IMG/VR virus record: IMGVR_UViG_3300028840_002113 | Origin: a virus | Direction: 5' to 3' (one strand) | DNA: 64,000 bases | In this document: piece after piece, positions 18,093-25,796 of the stretch | How the letters are laid out: each line of letters starts with the position of its first letter | Numbering within the stretch: the stretch's first letter is position 1 | The notes under the pieces: generated by a model | Seen by the model: only the letters and a program-made list of their open reading frames with translations | The model's database searches: none | What the model was told of the DNA's origin: nothing | Made by a program: the position numbers and the translations under genes

Positions 18093-18479
18093 ATGGACGC
18101 CATCACTTTGAGGCAAGGACTTGAGATCGGTACGCTTCACCTGGACGCTATCCGTGGAACGGACGAGCATAATATCTTCATCTTCGCCGCAGACGGCAAG
18201 GAAGTCGGCCTTGCCTTGATCGTTTCCCAGGGAGCGATGAAGCTGCGTCTTTTCAGGGGATACGTTATCGGCATGAAAAGCGTATCTCCGCAAAAGAGAG
18301 AGCGCATCCTGCATACGATCGAAGAGGCGAGCAGCTTCATTATCACCAGGAACGACGAAAAAGGAGATATCATTGACAGCGTACAATTCAGGGGGAAAGT
18401 GGAGAGAGCTGCGGATGCCGAAATGTATGGACATCGCATGGAAACCGTCATCATTAACGTCAGCGCAATCGTCGCCTGA
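18093..18479 (+). CDS. hypothetical protein
   Basis: ATG 18093 lies 6 nt after GAGGAG (the track ORF starts at TTG 18075). Last gene of the replication block. Confidence 0.5.
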   Translation: MDAITLRQGLEIGTLHLDAIRGTDEHNIFIFAADGKEVGLALIVSQGAMKLRLFRGYVIGMKSVSPQKRERILHTIEEASSFIITRNDEKGDIIDSVQFRGKVERAADAEMYGHRMETVIINVSAIVA

Positions 18480-18486
18480 TTCTGTA

Positions 18487-18516
18487 TTGCAAATCTAAAA
18501 AACGTCTCCCCATAAT
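18487..18516 (+). promoter_or_regulatory. candidate sigma-70-type promoter
   Basis: TTGCAA (18487-18492), 18-nt spacer, CATAAT (18511-18516). Lies in the only sizeable AT-rich intergenic gap, 18480-18654, upstream of the terminase genes. Confidence 0.3.
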
Positions 18517-18654
18517 CGGCCTCCGTAAAGCTAGCGCTATAAATACTTGCGGAAGGGATAGTGGGGACGATTGCGTAGGGGCTCAAGTATTTAATTATTA
18601 AAAGCCTTTTATAAGTATATATAAGTAGAAGCACAGAAAGAGCAGGATACGATC

Positions 18655-19206
18655 ATGCCCAGAAAACGAAGGAAATTGAAGTGCAAGGCCAAATCGAAGT
18701 CCACGGGCGATAGATGCGACCGATGGGCAGTCGAAGGATTCGAGGTCTGTCAGGTTCATGGAGCAGGGACGAAAAAGAATCCTGGCGGAAGACCTCCGAA
18801 AACTGGCCTTCATTCAAAGGTTCTACGGCAGAAGCTAGCCGAAAAGGTTGACGAATATATCGAAGACCCGAACCTTTGCAATATCCGCGTGAATATTGCC
18901 CTGAAGCGGGCTTTGCTTGACGAGCTACTCTCTAAGCGTAAAAAGAAGGACAAGAAACTGAATATCGCTACGATCAACAATGCAAGCCAGCTGCTCAATT
19001 CAATTTCACAAGATATCGAGCGACTGGATAAGATAGAGCACGGTTCAAAACATACCATCACCATCGGTGTACTTCAGCAAACCATTTCAGTCATCGTTCA
19101 TGTGATCGATAAGAATGTCCCAGAACAAAAAGTTAAGAATCGAATCTTCCGAGAACTCTCTGAGTTCGGTCTTGGGTCAGCTCTGCCGGACGTGGGAGGA
19201 AACTAA
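18655..19206 (+). CDS. putative small terminase / DNA-binding protein
   Basis: Basic N-terminus with a Cys/His cluster (KCKAKSKSTGDRCDRWAVEGFEVCQVHGAG). Sits immediately upstream of, and overlapping, the large terminase. The call is positional. Confidence 0.35.
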   Translation: MPRKRRKLKCKAKSKSTGDRCDRWAVEGFEVCQVHGAGTKKNPGGRPPKTGLHSKVLRQKLAEKVDEYIEDPNLCNIRVNIALKRALLDELLSKRKKKDKKLNIATINNASQLLNSISQDIERLDKIEHGSKHTITIGVLQQTISVIVHVIDKNVPEQKVKNRIFRELSEFGLGSALPDVGGN

Positions 19207-20785
19207 TCGCGACAGGAACTTCGATCCGAACGAAGAGGTCTTTGACTTCCGGATCGAACGCAAGAAGGGCGAGGCTGTCGCAAAGTTCCACCGACGTCAG
19301 GAAGACCTAATAAAAGAGTTCGTCGAAGATAACCTGTTCTTCATTCAGCGAGGCGAGCGTCAGCGCATTCGTCTCATTAGAAAACATTGTCAGGTCATTG
19401 CTGACCTGTTCTTCCAAAGAGAAGATCCAGATACGGGCGAACCAGTCCAGGCGATCATTGTCTGGGCGAATCGTGGCGGAGGGAAGTCTCTTGTAGCTGC
19501 GATCACGATCTACCTTTGCATGGTCTGGAGACGGCTATCCTTCTCAGACCTTGCAGGATCGCAAGAACAGGCTCAAGAGGTCTATGCTTACGTCACGACG
19601 TTCTGGAATTGCATACCGATCGTCAAGGAGAAACTATTAGCAGGGGAACCGCTCCAGCAGAAGACGGTCCTTAAGAACGCGGTCAGCCTCAAGTGTATTG
19701 CGAACTCGCAGAATCAGGCACGAGGCAAGCATCCCGAGGGTCTGGTCGCAGATGAAGTCTGTCAGAAGGAACGGTTCAAAGACGAGAACGTATTGCAAGC
19801 GACGAACTCGGTTCTTACACAAGACGACTTCATTATTCTTTATATATCAACGTTCCATTTGCCTATCGGCCTCTTCGCAGAGACATGGGATCACGCGGAG
19901 TCGCTTGACTTCAAGCGATACAAGTGGAACGTCTACGATTGTATGGAAAGATGCAAAAGAGATATTGATTGTAAGAAGTGTCGGCTGACGCGTCGTAAGA
20001 TTAAGAAAGACGAAAGCGGGAACATCGTCAAGCGTTCGTTCTTCGGCTGTAACGGCAAGGCGAGGAAGGCCGATGGCTGGATGTCGTTCGGCCAGCTCTT
20101 AAAGATCAAAAAGAAGGCGGAGATCAGAGGACATAATTGGCGGACAGAATTCGAATGTGCTCGGCCTGAAACGAAGGCGAAAGTATATAAGACAAACAAA
20201 CTGCGAAAGACACTCGTCGATCGCATGGTCATCCCGCAAGAGTGCGAACGGTCAGTCGGGATTGACTTCGGAACGTCCAAACAATGTGCGATCGTTCTTA
20301 CTTGCATGGGATACGATCGTCTGCTCGTTCCATGGTCTGACTTCTCAGTCGGTAGGGACCTTGACTATATTGCGAACACGCTCAAGAGCATCAGGATTCG
20401 GCATGGTGACTTCACGGTCTTTGCAGATGCAGAGCAATCCTATGGGATTATGTATTTGAGGAAGGCCGGATTCGTTGTCGAGTCTGTCGCGTTCAATAAG
20501 TATAAGAAGGTCGGGATAGCAAACCTGGAAAGATATATCAACGCAGAAAAGATTCGCATCCTGAACGTCAAGCCGAATCGCATTCTATACAGACAGCTCG
20601 TTGGATATAAGAAGGACGAATTGGGAAAGCCAGTAAAGAAGGACGACCACGGACCTGACGCTCTGTTCTGTGCAGCTCTCAGGTTCGATTTCATGTTTCA
20701 CTTTGGCCGAGCCATCAAGAAGGAAGCTGCCGAGGCAGACTTGAAGGCCAAGGAAAAAGAAGATAGTGAAGTGGAGATATTCTAA
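19115..20785 (+). CDS. terminase large subunit
   Basis: Walker A-like WANRGGGKS. Walker B GLVADEV. C-terminal nuclease-like GIDFG..ADAE..DDHGPDA. The start is uncertain: ATG 19115 gives a 92-nt overlap with the upstream gene. Confidence 0.8.
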   Translation: MSQNKKLRIESSENSLSSVLGQLCRTWEETNRDRNFDPNEEVFDFRIERKKGEAVAKFHRRQEDLIKEFVEDNLFFIQRGERQRIRLIRKHCQVIADLFFQREDPDTGEPVQAIIVWANRGGGKSLVAAITIYLCMVWRRLSFSDLAGSQEQAQEVYAYVTTFWNCIPIVKEKLLAGEPLQQKTVLKNAVSLKCIANSQNQARGKHPEGLVADEVCQKERFKDENVLQATNSVLTQDDFIILYISTFHLPIGLFAETWDHAESLDFKRYKWNVYDCMERCKRDIDCKKCRLTRRKIKKDESGNIVKRSFFGCNGKARKADGWMSFGQLLKIKKKAEIRGHNWRTEFECARPETKAKVYKTNKLRKTLVDRMVIPQECERSVGIDFGTSKQCAIVLTCMGYDRLLVPWSDFSVGRDLDYIANTLKSIRIRHGDFTVFADAEQSYGIMYLRKAGFVVESVAFNKYKKVGIANLERYINAEKIRILNVKPNRILYRQLVGYKKDELGKPVKKDDHGPDALFCAALRFDFMFHFGRAIKKEAAEADLKAKEKEDSEVEIF

Positions 20786-21063
20786 TGTCAAAGACTAAAA
20801 AGATGCACACGATACTCGCAGAGGCAGTCGTACATTTCAAGTCAGGAGCATCGTTGCGGGGAGGGCTCAACGAGTTCTATCTTGCAGATGACTCCAAGTC
20901 ATTGCGGAAGGCATTGACAGACCCCGATGTCATGCGGGAAGTCGGGGACCAGGAGATCTCGTTCATCAATTTGGACGAGGTCGTCTTTATCAACATATCG
21001 CAAGTCAAGGTTCAACTCAAAGAAGATACAGGAGGACGACATGAAGGCGACGAAGGAAATTAA
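20785..21063 (+). CDS. hypothetical protein
   Basis: 92-aa ORF with a TAATG overlap with the terminase stop. Confidence 0.5.
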   Translation: MSKTKKMHTILAEAVVHFKSGASLRGGLNEFYLADDSKSLRKALTDPDVMREVGDQEISFINLDEVVFINISQVKVQLKEDTGGRHEGDEGN

Positions 21064-21466
21064 ACCACCGATCACAAGGAAGGTTTCCATCATCAGGAGG
21101 TTCTGGAACAAGGCTCTTTCCGTTATGAGCCAGGACAAGCAAGAGCGCAACCGTGCAGAGATCGAAAGGTTGATGGCTCGAGACGTTGTCAAGGCAAGGC
21201 AATTCAGGCGGAGGGAGCGCGAACTGAAGATCGGAATCTTCAACGACACGAAACGATCCAGGGAGTTCTACAGATATCAGAGATACCTTGGAAGGGAAAG
21301 GAAGCAGCTCGAACGCTGTCGTAGAGCCATGCAGAGCGGTCGCGCGGTCAAGAGGCCGACGAAGCTTGCAAAGCTCAAAAGACACGAAGAGTTCCATGCA
21401 CTTGAAATAGAGCGCATGAAGAAGATCTTGTTCGGCGACCTGATGGTCAATCCACTTTCGGCGTAG
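21041..21466 (+). CDS. hypothetical basic coiled-coil protein
   Basis: ATG 21041 immediately follows GGAGGACGAC. Arg/Lys/Glu-rich. Confidence 0.5.
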   Translation: MKATKEIKPPITRKVSIIRRFWNKALSVMSQDKQERNRAEIERLMARDVVKARQFRRRERELKIGIFNDTKRSREFYRYQRYLGRERKQLERCRRAMQSGRAVKRPTKLAKLKRHEEFHALEIERMKKILFGDLMVNPLSA

Positions 21467-21500
21467 ACTACATTCGCCAAGACAGGCAGGAGATAAGCAG

Positions 21501-21797
21501 ATGAGTGAAAAGAAGAAAAAGAAAAAGAAGAAAGAGGAATCGGTGGAGCAGTCACTCAAGAGCCTATTCGAACGGCCAAAGAAAAGCTATACCATCCCAG
21601 CTCCTCCGCAGATCAAAGGCCGAACGAACCATGGAGTACGACCTCAGCTCGTCTTCTACTTCGACAGCGAGAAAGACTTGCAGATCGTTATCCGGGCATT
21701 CGGCGGGAAGAAGAGGGAGCCGAGAACGAGTCTGCTGGTAAAGATGGCTCGTCGGTACCTGAAGAAGCGGAGCATGACGGGAGGGAAGAAGAAATGA
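21501..21797 (+). CDS. hypothetical basic protein
   Basis: 98-aa ORF with AGGAGA upstream. N-terminal run of eight Lys. Confidence 0.45.
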   Translation: MSEKKKKKKKKEESVEQSLKSLFERPKKSYTIPAPPQIKGRTNHGVRPQLVFYFDSEKDLQIVIRAFGGKKREPRTSLLVKMARRYLKKRSMTGGKKK

Positions 21798-23266
21798 AGA
21801 CGAAGACAAAAGATAAGACAGGACAGGCAAGTATCTGTGAGGCGTGTCAAGCCTGTGACGGTACACGATGCGCAGCTCTGCAGAAGGATGCGAAAGCATT
21901 CCTGAAGGAATCACTTCCCGAAGAGATATCGCAGAACTATCCGGGCATGAGGTTCACGGCCGATGCGATGGATTGCGCGATGCCCATCGCGATTGATTCC
22001 CATTCGGGATGCTCGTTCGCGTGTCTATATTGCTTCTCGAACTCGTTCGTTCGTGACCCGTCAAGAAATACGGGCATCATGAAAGAAGCTGTGGACAAGC
22101 ATGGATTATACAGGCAAACGAGCCTTCGTGCTTTGGAGAGGCTGTTCGCAAGAGACGCCGACAACGAATACGCTCGTGCTGTCTATCCGCTCTTGGATAT
22201 GGGACAGCCGATTCAATGGGGAGCACTCGGCGAACCATTCGACAAGCTGGAAGAGCTCACGGGATGGGGTTTGAAGTTCGCAAAGATACTTCGAAAATAC
22301 AATGTCCCGACTCGCGTGTCCACGAAGGGAGCGGAATGCCTTTTGAAACCCAAGTATCTGAAGGCATTCAGGGGCTCGGATCGGTTCTGGTTCAATTTCT
22401 CCTTCATCAGCGCGAATGACAAGCTGCTCACGAGGGTGGATCTTGGAGCACCTGACGCGACGACCCGTTACAAAGCGATGAAGGCTTTGCACAAAGACGG
22501 CCATCGTGTCGGCATCAGATTCCGGCCATTCATTCCAGGAGTCAGCGATCAATGGCCGGGAGAGCCGAAGGGATGGGCAGTCCATCTGGAGAAGTGTAGG
22601 GAAGCTGGATGCGAGTCAATCTCATTCGAATTTATATTCTTCGAGCGGGGAGCGAACGCAAGGCAGAGAGCACAGTATCAACTGATCGCTCGTGCAGCTC
22701 GTGACCCGAACCTTGTGCGGGATTATATCGAGGACAGCCTGTCGTTCGGGACGTGCATCCGCAGGAACCGAGCATGGAAATATGACATGACGATGGCGAT
22801 CCGGGAGAAGTGTCACGAGCTCGGGATGGCCTTCTGTGTCTCCGATCCACACTTCAAGGAGTTCGGTGATACGGAATGCTGTTGCGGGTTCCCAGACGAT
22901 GATCCTATCTGGGGAAAGACCGATCGTCATAATTGCTGTTCGCAAGTCGTGCGAGCTCGGAAGCGATATGAGAAGGGCGAGCGTCCTGTCCTGCTAACCT
23001 TCGACGAGGTCTGCCCTGATTGGGCAAGAGTCGTCAAGGCAGGAACGATGATCAATTTTTCCTGTGCGGCGAACCATCGGCGCAGACGTGACCAGACATG
23101 GGGAGACACGCTCAGGAATAAGTGGAACAATCCCAATCACGCTCGTGCTCCTTATTATTATTTCGAAGGGATACTCAGGCCTCATCACGTGGACGAGAAC
23201 AAAGACATCGTCTACGAATATGTTCCCTACGATAATAGGAAGGACATCAAGTCCAGACTCGTATGA
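21794..23266 (+). CDS. radical SAM enzyme, spore-photoproduct-lyase / COG1533-like
   Basis: CX3CX2C cluster motif SGCSFACLYCFSNSF at nt 22010-22033. 490 aa. ATGA overlap with the upstream gene. Confidence 0.7.
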   Translation: MKTKTKDKTGQASICEACQACDGTRCAALQKDAKAFLKESLPEEISQNYPGMRFTADAMDCAMPIAIDSHSGCSFACLYCFSNSFVRDPSRNTGIMKEAVDKHGLYRQTSLRALERLFARDADNEYARAVYPLLDMGQPIQWGALGEPFDKLEELTGWGLKFAKILRKYNVPTRVSTKGAECLLKPKYLKAFRGSDRFWFNFSFISANDKLLTRVDLGAPDATTRYKAMKALHKDGHRVGIRFRPFIPGVSDQWPGEPKGWAVHLEKCREAGCESISFEFIFFERGANARQRAQYQLIARAARDPNLVRDYIEDSLSFGTCIRRNRAWKYDMTMAIREKCHELGMAFCVSDPHFKEFGDTECCCGFPDDDPIWGKTDRHNCCSQVVRARKRYEKGERPVLLTFDEVCPDWARVVKAGTMINFSCAANHRRRRDQTWGDTLRNKWNNPNHARAPYYYFEGILRPHHVDENKDIVYEYVPYDNRKDIKSRLV

Positions 23267-23739
23267 TCGTACTCAGTTCGTTCAATAAGAGGCCTGACGG
23301 CATTCCGGCGTTCTCTGTAGCAAGATGGCAACCTCGTGGACATCATTTGCCTGAGCTCCGGTTCCTCGCGCCGATAGATCAGTTTGGACACAAGATCAAA
23401 GGGTTCTACGATCATCGAGAATACCGAAGGCTCTATAAGGCAGTACTCCAGACCAGGAAGGAAGCGATACTGAATTGGCTGGATTCGCTTTCGCCGAAGC
23501 AAGACATGACGCTCGTCTGCTGGTGTACGATCGAACAGCAAAGACTCAAGGGATACGATACGATCATGTGTCATACCATACTCCTTGGAAATACAATCCG
23601 GAAGCATAGGCCGGACATCTTAGTATTCGTTGACGCCGATAGGTTCCAGCACTCGATCTTCAAGCATCGTCATCCTCTGTTCGATCCCAGGAAGCGAAGG
23701 AGGAGATATGAAAATAGAAAAGGACGCCAATTATTCTAA
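23263..23739 (+). CDS. DUF488-like protein
   Basis: ATGA-coupled to the rSAM gene. Pattern LRFLAP..YKAVL..TLVCWC......MCHTILLG resembles the DUF488 signature (L.P....L.C.C...CHR). Recalled from memory, not searched. Confidence 0.4.
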   Translation: MIVLSSFNKRPDGIPAFSVARWQPRGHHLPELRFLAPIDQFGHKIKGFYDHREYRRLYKAVLQTRKEAILNWLDSLSPKQDMTLVCWCTIEQQRLKGYDTIMCHTILLGNTIRKHRPDILVFVDADRFQHSIFKHRHPLFDPRKRRRRYENRKGRQLF

Positions 23740-23944
23740 GACCTTCGTCTTTGAGAAGGTCGTGCATTCCGTTGACTTTATAGTCGCGATCGATCCATAC
23801 TTTTTTCCAAGAGTATGGAACGACAATACTGTCAGGGTCACTTGCAGAGGAAGAGATATAGAACTCGTTGACAAGCTCGCCAAGGATGCGAACGCCAATC
23901 CTGAGCAAGGCGAGAAGGGTGAATGGCAGAATACAAGTAGATAA
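23708..23944 (+). CDS. hypothetical protein
   Basis: ATG 23708 follows GGAGGAGA, inside track ORF 23630..23944. Confidence 0.45.
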   Translation: MKIEKDANYSKTFVFEKVVHSVDFIVAIDPYFFPRVWNDNTVRVTCRGRDIELVDKLAKDANANPEQGEKGEWQNTSR

Positions 23945-23949
23945 TCAAA

Positions 23950-24025
23950 GGGGTCGCCTGGATCGACCGTGGACATGAGGTCCCGACCGCTGAAGGGCGA
24001 CCTGAACATAAACGAACCGGACTCC
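23950..24025 (+). other. truncated tmRNA-end-like element (possible ssrA remnant)
   Basis: GGGGTCGCCTGGATCGACCGTGG resembles the tmRNA 5' end at 24603 (GGGGTCGTAAAGGGCTCGACAGG). GGACTCC at 24019-24025 can pair with GGGGTC, again with a G3:U wobble. There is no T-arm. Confidence 0.3.
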
Positions 24026-24038
24026 TTTCTTCGATAGA

Positions 24039-24081
24039 GGTCCTGCTCTTTTTGCCGGAGGGCAGGACCCCTGATATATTC
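24039..24081 (+). promoter_or_regulatory. hairpin + GATATATTC motif (cassette copy 2)
   Basis: GGTCCTGC (24039-24046) pairs with GCAGGACC (24062-24069), extendable inward. It is followed by GATATATTC, then GGAGG, then ATG 24092. Confidence 0.4.
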
Positions 24082-24091
24082 GGAGGACGAT

Positions 24092-24313
24092 ATGAAGGAG
24101 AAGGCATGGGCGATCAAGGATTGTCCCGTCTGTAACGGAACTGGAAAGCGTGACGGGAGAATATGCTTCTTCTGCTCTGGCGAGAAGCGACTCTACCTTC
24201 GCTGGGAATCAACACAAGAACTCAGGCAGATAATCAGCAACGAAGAGTTCGTAGATTGCATTCTTGATGCTATTAAGGGGAAGGCCAATGAGACCGGAGG
24301 ATTACCGATCTAA
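24092..24313 (+). CDS. DnaJ-type (CxxCxGxG) zinc-finger mini-protein
   Basis: CPVCNGTG matches the DnaJ CR-domain CxxCxGxG motif exactly. The second pair is CFFCSGEK. 73 aa. Confidence 0.5.
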   Translation: MKEKAWAIKDCPVCNGTGKRDGRICFFCSGEKRLYLRWESTQELRQIISNEEFVDCILDAIKGKANETGGLPI

Positions 24314-24599
24314 GGGATGCAACCTCGCGAAGGATATGTACGAGATCTTCCGGGGGATTTGGGAATATCAAAACGGGAATCCGTGCAAAGGATGCGCGGA
24401 GTTCCACGAGTGCAAACTCAGGAAGGAAATATATGAGGCGAGGAATAAGCCTCGGCCGTCCAGCTCTGCAAGTAACAGCATGAAGGACGGCATAACGAAC
24501 GCTGATATTGCTCGTGTTCTTGGAATCAGCAAGAGACAGGCAGCTAAGAAGAGGGCACGAGGCGAACTTGACCTTGACGATATCAAGAGACGGCTATAA
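24288..24599 (+). CDS. hypothetical HTH protein
   Basis: ATG 24288 follows GGGGAAGG. C-terminal HTH-like ITNADIARVLGISKRQAAKKRARGE. Confidence 0.45.
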   Translation: MRPEDYRSKGCNLAKDMYEIFRGIWEYQNGNPCKGCAEFHECKLRKEIYEARNKPRPSSSASNSMKDGITNADIARVLGISKRQAAKKRARGELDLDDIKRRL

Positions 24600-24602
24600 G
24601 AA

Positions 24603-24969
24603 GGGGTCGTAAAGGGCTCGACAGGCAGAGGTGAAGTGAATCCTGCGATCCGTATGCTTCCGCGTCAAGGAGCGAACAATCAAATTCAATCGCCAATGAA
24701 AAGCGACAGGTCGCTCGTCCCGCCTCTTTTGGCGAGGCGATGACCGCCAGAATGGTCGCTTGACCATTCCGGTTCACCGAGGAGCGTTCCGGCCTTGGAT
24801 GAACCGCCGTTAGGAACTCAGGTCGGTTAAATCCCACCGACCCTAACTCGGGTTGACTTGCTCGTGGAAAGAACGGGATAGGCTGTCGGTAGCTGAAAAG
24901 AACCGACTACGATCGTAGATGGACCATGGATCCCTGAGCTGGACGTGGGTTCGATTCCCACCGACTCCA
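24603..24969 (+). ncRNA. ssrA: tmRNA (ssrA), phage-encoded
   Basis: The 5' GGGGTCG pairs with the 3' CGACTCC (24962-24968), including a G3:U70 wobble, with discriminator A at 24969. T-arm is GTGGG-TTCGATT-CCCAC (24945-24961). The 5' GGGCTCGACAGG resembles the conserved GGAUUCGACGGG. Length is 367 nt and CCA is not encoded. Confidence 0.85.
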
Positions 24970-25041
24970 TTCGCCCTGGAGTGGAGGTCGCCGATAGGTA
25001 GAGTGCTCCTCATCCGAAAGCGACCGAAGCCCCTTCTTCTG

Positions 25042-25083
25042 GTCCCGGAGGTAGTCTGGACCTCCGGGACTTAGAATATATTC
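25042..25083 (+). terminator. perfect 11-bp hairpin after tmRNA + AATATATTC motif (cassette copy 3)
   Basis: GTCCCGGAGGT (25042-25052), loop AGTCTGG, ACCTCCGGGAC (25060-25070). AATATATTC lies at 25075-25083. The U-tract is weak. Confidence 0.5.
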
Positions 25084-25095
25084 GGAGAACGAATC

Positions 25096-25509
25096 ATGGA
25101 TAGCGAACTGAGGAATTGCGGTTCGTGTCAGGAGTGCTGTACTTTCCTGGCGATACCAGAACTGAACAAGGCAGAAAATGAACCTTGCAAACATCTGTCG
25201 GACGATGGCTGTTCCATCTACCAGGATAGGCCGGATGTTTGTCAAGGGTTCAACTGTCTGTGGAAGTTCAGGAACCTATTCGTGGACAAGAAAGGCAAAC
25301 GAAGGCCAGACAGACTCGGCGTCATGGTGAGGCTGAGGAATGATATTGAAGGCATTCGTTCCGCGATCCAGTTCATCGGCAAGAACAAAGACATATTCAA
25401 AACGGAAAAGGTCAGGACGCTCAGGAAGAACTTGCTATCGGCAGGGTTCACCATCGTGCAGACAATAGCAGGTGAAACGAAAAGCAAAATGATCAGGCCA
25501 AGGAACTGA
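25096..25509 (+). CDS. YkgJ-family CxxCxxCC zinc/iron-chelating domain protein
   Basis: CGSCQECC motif near the N-terminus, plus further Cys residues (PCKH, DGCSIY, DVCQGFNC). Confidence 0.6.
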   Translation: MDSELRNCGSCQECCTFLAIPELNKAENEPCKHLSDDGCSIYQDRPDVCQGFNCLWKFRNLFVDKKGKRRPDRLGVMVRLRNDIEGIRSAIQFIGKNKDIFKTEKVRTLRKNLLSAGFTIVQTIAGETKSKMIRPRN

Positions 25510-25744
25510 GGCGAGGCCGAACCAAGAATTGCCAGGATCGCATGAATTCAAAGTAAAGGGTCCAAGCAATCGCCTCGCCAAGACCAAGACATTTGAACCC
25601 TATACGAAGTGGAAAGGAGGTGAGATATGCGCTAGCGTCCTTCTGGACTCTGGGCTGATTGTACTGCAAGAAGCCTGGAAGCGATGTCTACAGAACAAGA
25701 CGAAGAACTGGCGACGTTCAGGCCAAGGAAACTCCGTGCGACAT

Positions 25745-25785
25745 GGCCGAGCGACTTCCTGGTCGGCTCGGCCGATAATATATTC
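25745..25785 (+). promoter_or_regulatory. hairpin + AATATATTC motif (cassette copy 4)
   Basis: GGCCGAGC (25745-25752) pairs with GCTCGGCC (25766-25773). AATATATTC lies at 25777-25785, 12 nt before ATG 25797. Confidence 0.35.
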
Positions 25786-25796
25786 GAGGAAGAGAG

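Noticed and set aside
23950-24025. Possible tRNA (tRNA-sized, GGGGTC...GACTCC termini)
   Set aside because: There is no T-arm (no GTTCRANYC box), no D-arm and no plausible anticodon stem. Only the termini pair.
24603-25095. tmRNA as a prophage attachment site (attL/attR) marking a host-phage junction
   Set aside because: No integrase or excisionase is nearby. The tmRNA is complete at both ends. Both flanks continue as the same co-directional phage small-ORF array.
24907-25245. 112-aa minus-strand ORF
   Set aside because: It runs through the tmRNA T-arm and acceptor (the ESNPRP-type translation typical of tRNA-like sequence) and through the start of the YkgJ-like gene.
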